A stretch of 59,828 nt of DNA, counting the filler. It is 4 parts of 4 records of this genome, joined end to end, with 100 filler letters (N's around TTAATTAATTAA, not from the genome) between each part and the next. Parts side by side here need not be neighbours in the genome. Positions count along the whole stretch, not along the records: positions 50,590 to 59,828 come from SRR2962707_3119; 3 more parts are not named here. One strand, 5' to 3'. Positions 58,336 to 59,828 of the stretch are shown in pieces. The translations under genes were made by a program, and so were the position numbers. The stretch's first letter is position 1. Every line of letters starts with the position of its first letter. The notes under the pieces are model-generated. The model did not search any database. It saw nothing but the letters and a program-made list of their open reading frames with translations, and was not told the origin of the DNA.

Positions 58336-59778
58336 ATGAAGCCATGGAAAAAAGCACTGCTCACGGTGCTGGTACTACTCATCGCGATAGCCATCTGGCA
58401 ACGCTACAAGCCCCTACCGGAGGGCGTTGGCGAAGCCGGGCCGCCGCGTTCCGCCCATCAGGTGGCGCTGCTGGTGGACGACACCTGGAGCGATGAACAA
58501 GGAGATCGCCATTTCGATCAGGCCATTTTCGACGAGTATTTTCGCTTGATCGGCCAGGCCAGGAAGCTTGTGGTGGTGGATATGTTCCTGTTCAACACCT
58601 TCGCCGGCGACAGCGGCAGCGCCCATCGGCCGCTCAGCGAACAGCTCACCGCAGCGCTGCTGGCTCGTCACGCTGCGGTGCCCGGGCTGCGCATGCTGGT
58701 CATCACCGATCCCTTCAACACTCTCTATGGCGGTGTCAGGGCGCCGCAGCTGGAGCGTTTGCGTCAGGCCGGCATTCCGGTGGTCTTCACCGCCTTGCCT
58801 CGTCTGCGCGATTCCAACCCGAGTTGGTCGGCGCTGTGGCGAGTGTGTTGTCAATGGTTCGGCAATAGCGCGGGCGCCGGTTGGCTGCCCAATCCCACCG
58901 GCGGCGACGAGGTCACGTTGAGAACCTATCTGAGCCTGCTCAACTTCAAGGCCAATCACCGCAAGACCCTGGTAGTGGACGAAGGCGATGACTGGACCGC
59001 GCTGGTCACCTCGGCCAACGCTCACGACGCCAGCAGCGCCCACTCCAACATTGCCCTGCGCTTCAGCGGTCCGGCGGCGCTTGATGTCCTGCACTCGGAA
59101 CTGGCGGTGGCACGCTGGTCCGGCGCCGCGGTGGGCGAGGACTGGCCGACGGCCCCGCCCTCCGAAACCAGCGGCGACGCCCTGCCCCATTTGCGCCTGC
59201 TCACCGAGGGCGCCATCCGCGATGCCCTGCTGGCCACCGTGAACGAAGCGCGCCAGGGCGAGCAGTTGGATGTCGGTGTGTTTTATCTTTCCCACCGCCC
59301 GCTGGTGAAAGCCCTGGCCGAGGCGCAACGACGAGGTGTCCGGGTGCGCCTGCTGCTGGACCCGAACAAGGATGCCTTCGGCCGAGAGAAAAATGGCGTG
59401 CCCAACCGGCAGGTGGCCTGGGAGCTGCATGACGCCGGTGTCGCGGTGCGCTGGTGTGCCACCACCGGAGAACAATGCCATACCAAGATGCTGCTGCGCT
59501 TTCCGGCGGCGGACAGCGACCGCCCGGCGCGGCTGATCCTCGGGTCCGCCAACTACACCCGGCGCAACCTGGATAATTTGAATCTGGAAACCAGCGTGGA
59601 ATGGGTAGCCGGAGCCGAAGATGAGGTCATCAGCCGTGCCCGGGCCACATTCGAGAGACGTTGGAGTAACCCGGGCGACAGGTTGTTCAGCCTGCCCTAT
59701 GAGGCCTACGAGGACACGTCGTATTGGCGTATGGCGCTGTACCGGATCATGGAGTTCACCGGCTGGTCGACGTTCTGA
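58336..59778 (+). CDS. Phospholipase D family protein
   Basis: N-terminal anchor; HRKTLVVD..TSAN and a second motif HTKMLL..GSANYT. Confidence 0.88.
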   Translation: MKPWKKALLTVLVLLIAIAIWQRYKPLPEGVGEAGPPRSAHQVALLVDDTWSDEQGDRHFDQAIFDEYFRLIGQARKLVVVDMFLFNTFAGDSGSAHRPLSEQLTAALLARHAAVPGLRMLVITDPFNTLYGGVRAPQLERLRQAGIPVVFTALPRLRDSNPSWSALWRVCCQWFGNSAGAGWLPNPTGGDEVTLRTYLSLLNFKANHRKTLVVDEGDDWTALVTSANAHDASSAHSNIALRFSGPAALDVLHSELAVARWSGAAVGEDWPTAPPSETSGDALPHLRLLTEGAIRDALLATVNEARQGEQLDVGVFYLSHRPLVKALAEAQRRGVRVRLLLDPNKDAFGREKNGVPNRQVAWELHDAGVAVRWCATTGEQCHTKMLLRFPAADSDRPARLILGSANYTRRNLDNLNLETSVEWVAGAEDEVISRARATFERRWSNPGDRLFSLPYEAYEDTSYWRMALYRIMEFTGWSTF

Positions 59779-59804
59779 AAAAACCGGTGGAGCCGCCCGC
59801 CGCT

Positions 59805-59828
59805 GCGGGAGCTTGCCTGCAAGCGAAT
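59805..59828. repeat. REP-like palindrome at contig end
   Basis: GCGG-GA-GCTTGC-CT-GCAAGC-GAAT, extragenic, similar in layout to GTAG/GTGG-type REPs. Confidence 0.45.

Noticed and set aside
56237-58339. 700-aa plus-strand ORF
   Set aside because: Antisense shadow of the DUF6351 gene, typical of high-GC codon bias.
58336-59778. Second PLD motif lacking the Asp, suggesting inactivation
   Set aside because: His, Lys and the GSAN motif are retained; the variant alone is not evidence of lost function.
1-59828. CRISPR arrays, IS elements, integrases, prophage
   Set aside because: No regularly spaced repeats and no transposase, integrase or phage structural ORFs were seen.

Overview
This window is not one continuous locus. 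It is four unrelated contigs joined by artificial 100-nt linkers (N44-TTAATTAATTAA-N44) at 30608-30707, 45158-45257 and 50490-50589. Taxon labels below are impressions from gene content and composition, not search results. Contig 1 (1-30607, Marinobacter-like gammaproteobacterium) is mostly housekeeping and accessory genes. It also holds an astA + DUF1338 + Lrp module with no other ast genes nearby, a lone AbiTii-like gene, a truncated DAACS transporter, an unannotated 35-aa membrane ORF, two triple DnaA-box clusters and a probable sigma54/NtrC-driven chemoreceptor. Contig 2 (30708-45157, lower-GC Rhizobiales-like alphaproteobacterium) carries tRNA-Pro(GGG), an aldehyde-dehydrogenase relic, pgm, a sulfolactate catabolic operon (suyA-suyB-slcC-comC-tctC-tctA/B fusion) with a divergent GntR, and upp-like polysaccharide genes. 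Contig 3 (45258-50489) is eukaryotic: microsatellites, a spliced RidA-family gene, and a convergent gene fusing a GNAT acetyltransferase to a divergent anhydro-sugar kinase (AnmK/levoglucosan kinase family). That fusion is the most novel-looking item in the window. Contig 4 (50590-59828, high GC, Alcanivorax-like) has a thiolase end, fabY, a membrane PQQ dehydrogenase, a DUF6351/tannase-like lipoprotein and a phospholipase D, and ends in a REP-like palindrome. No CRISPR array, rRNA, transposase or integrase was seen.
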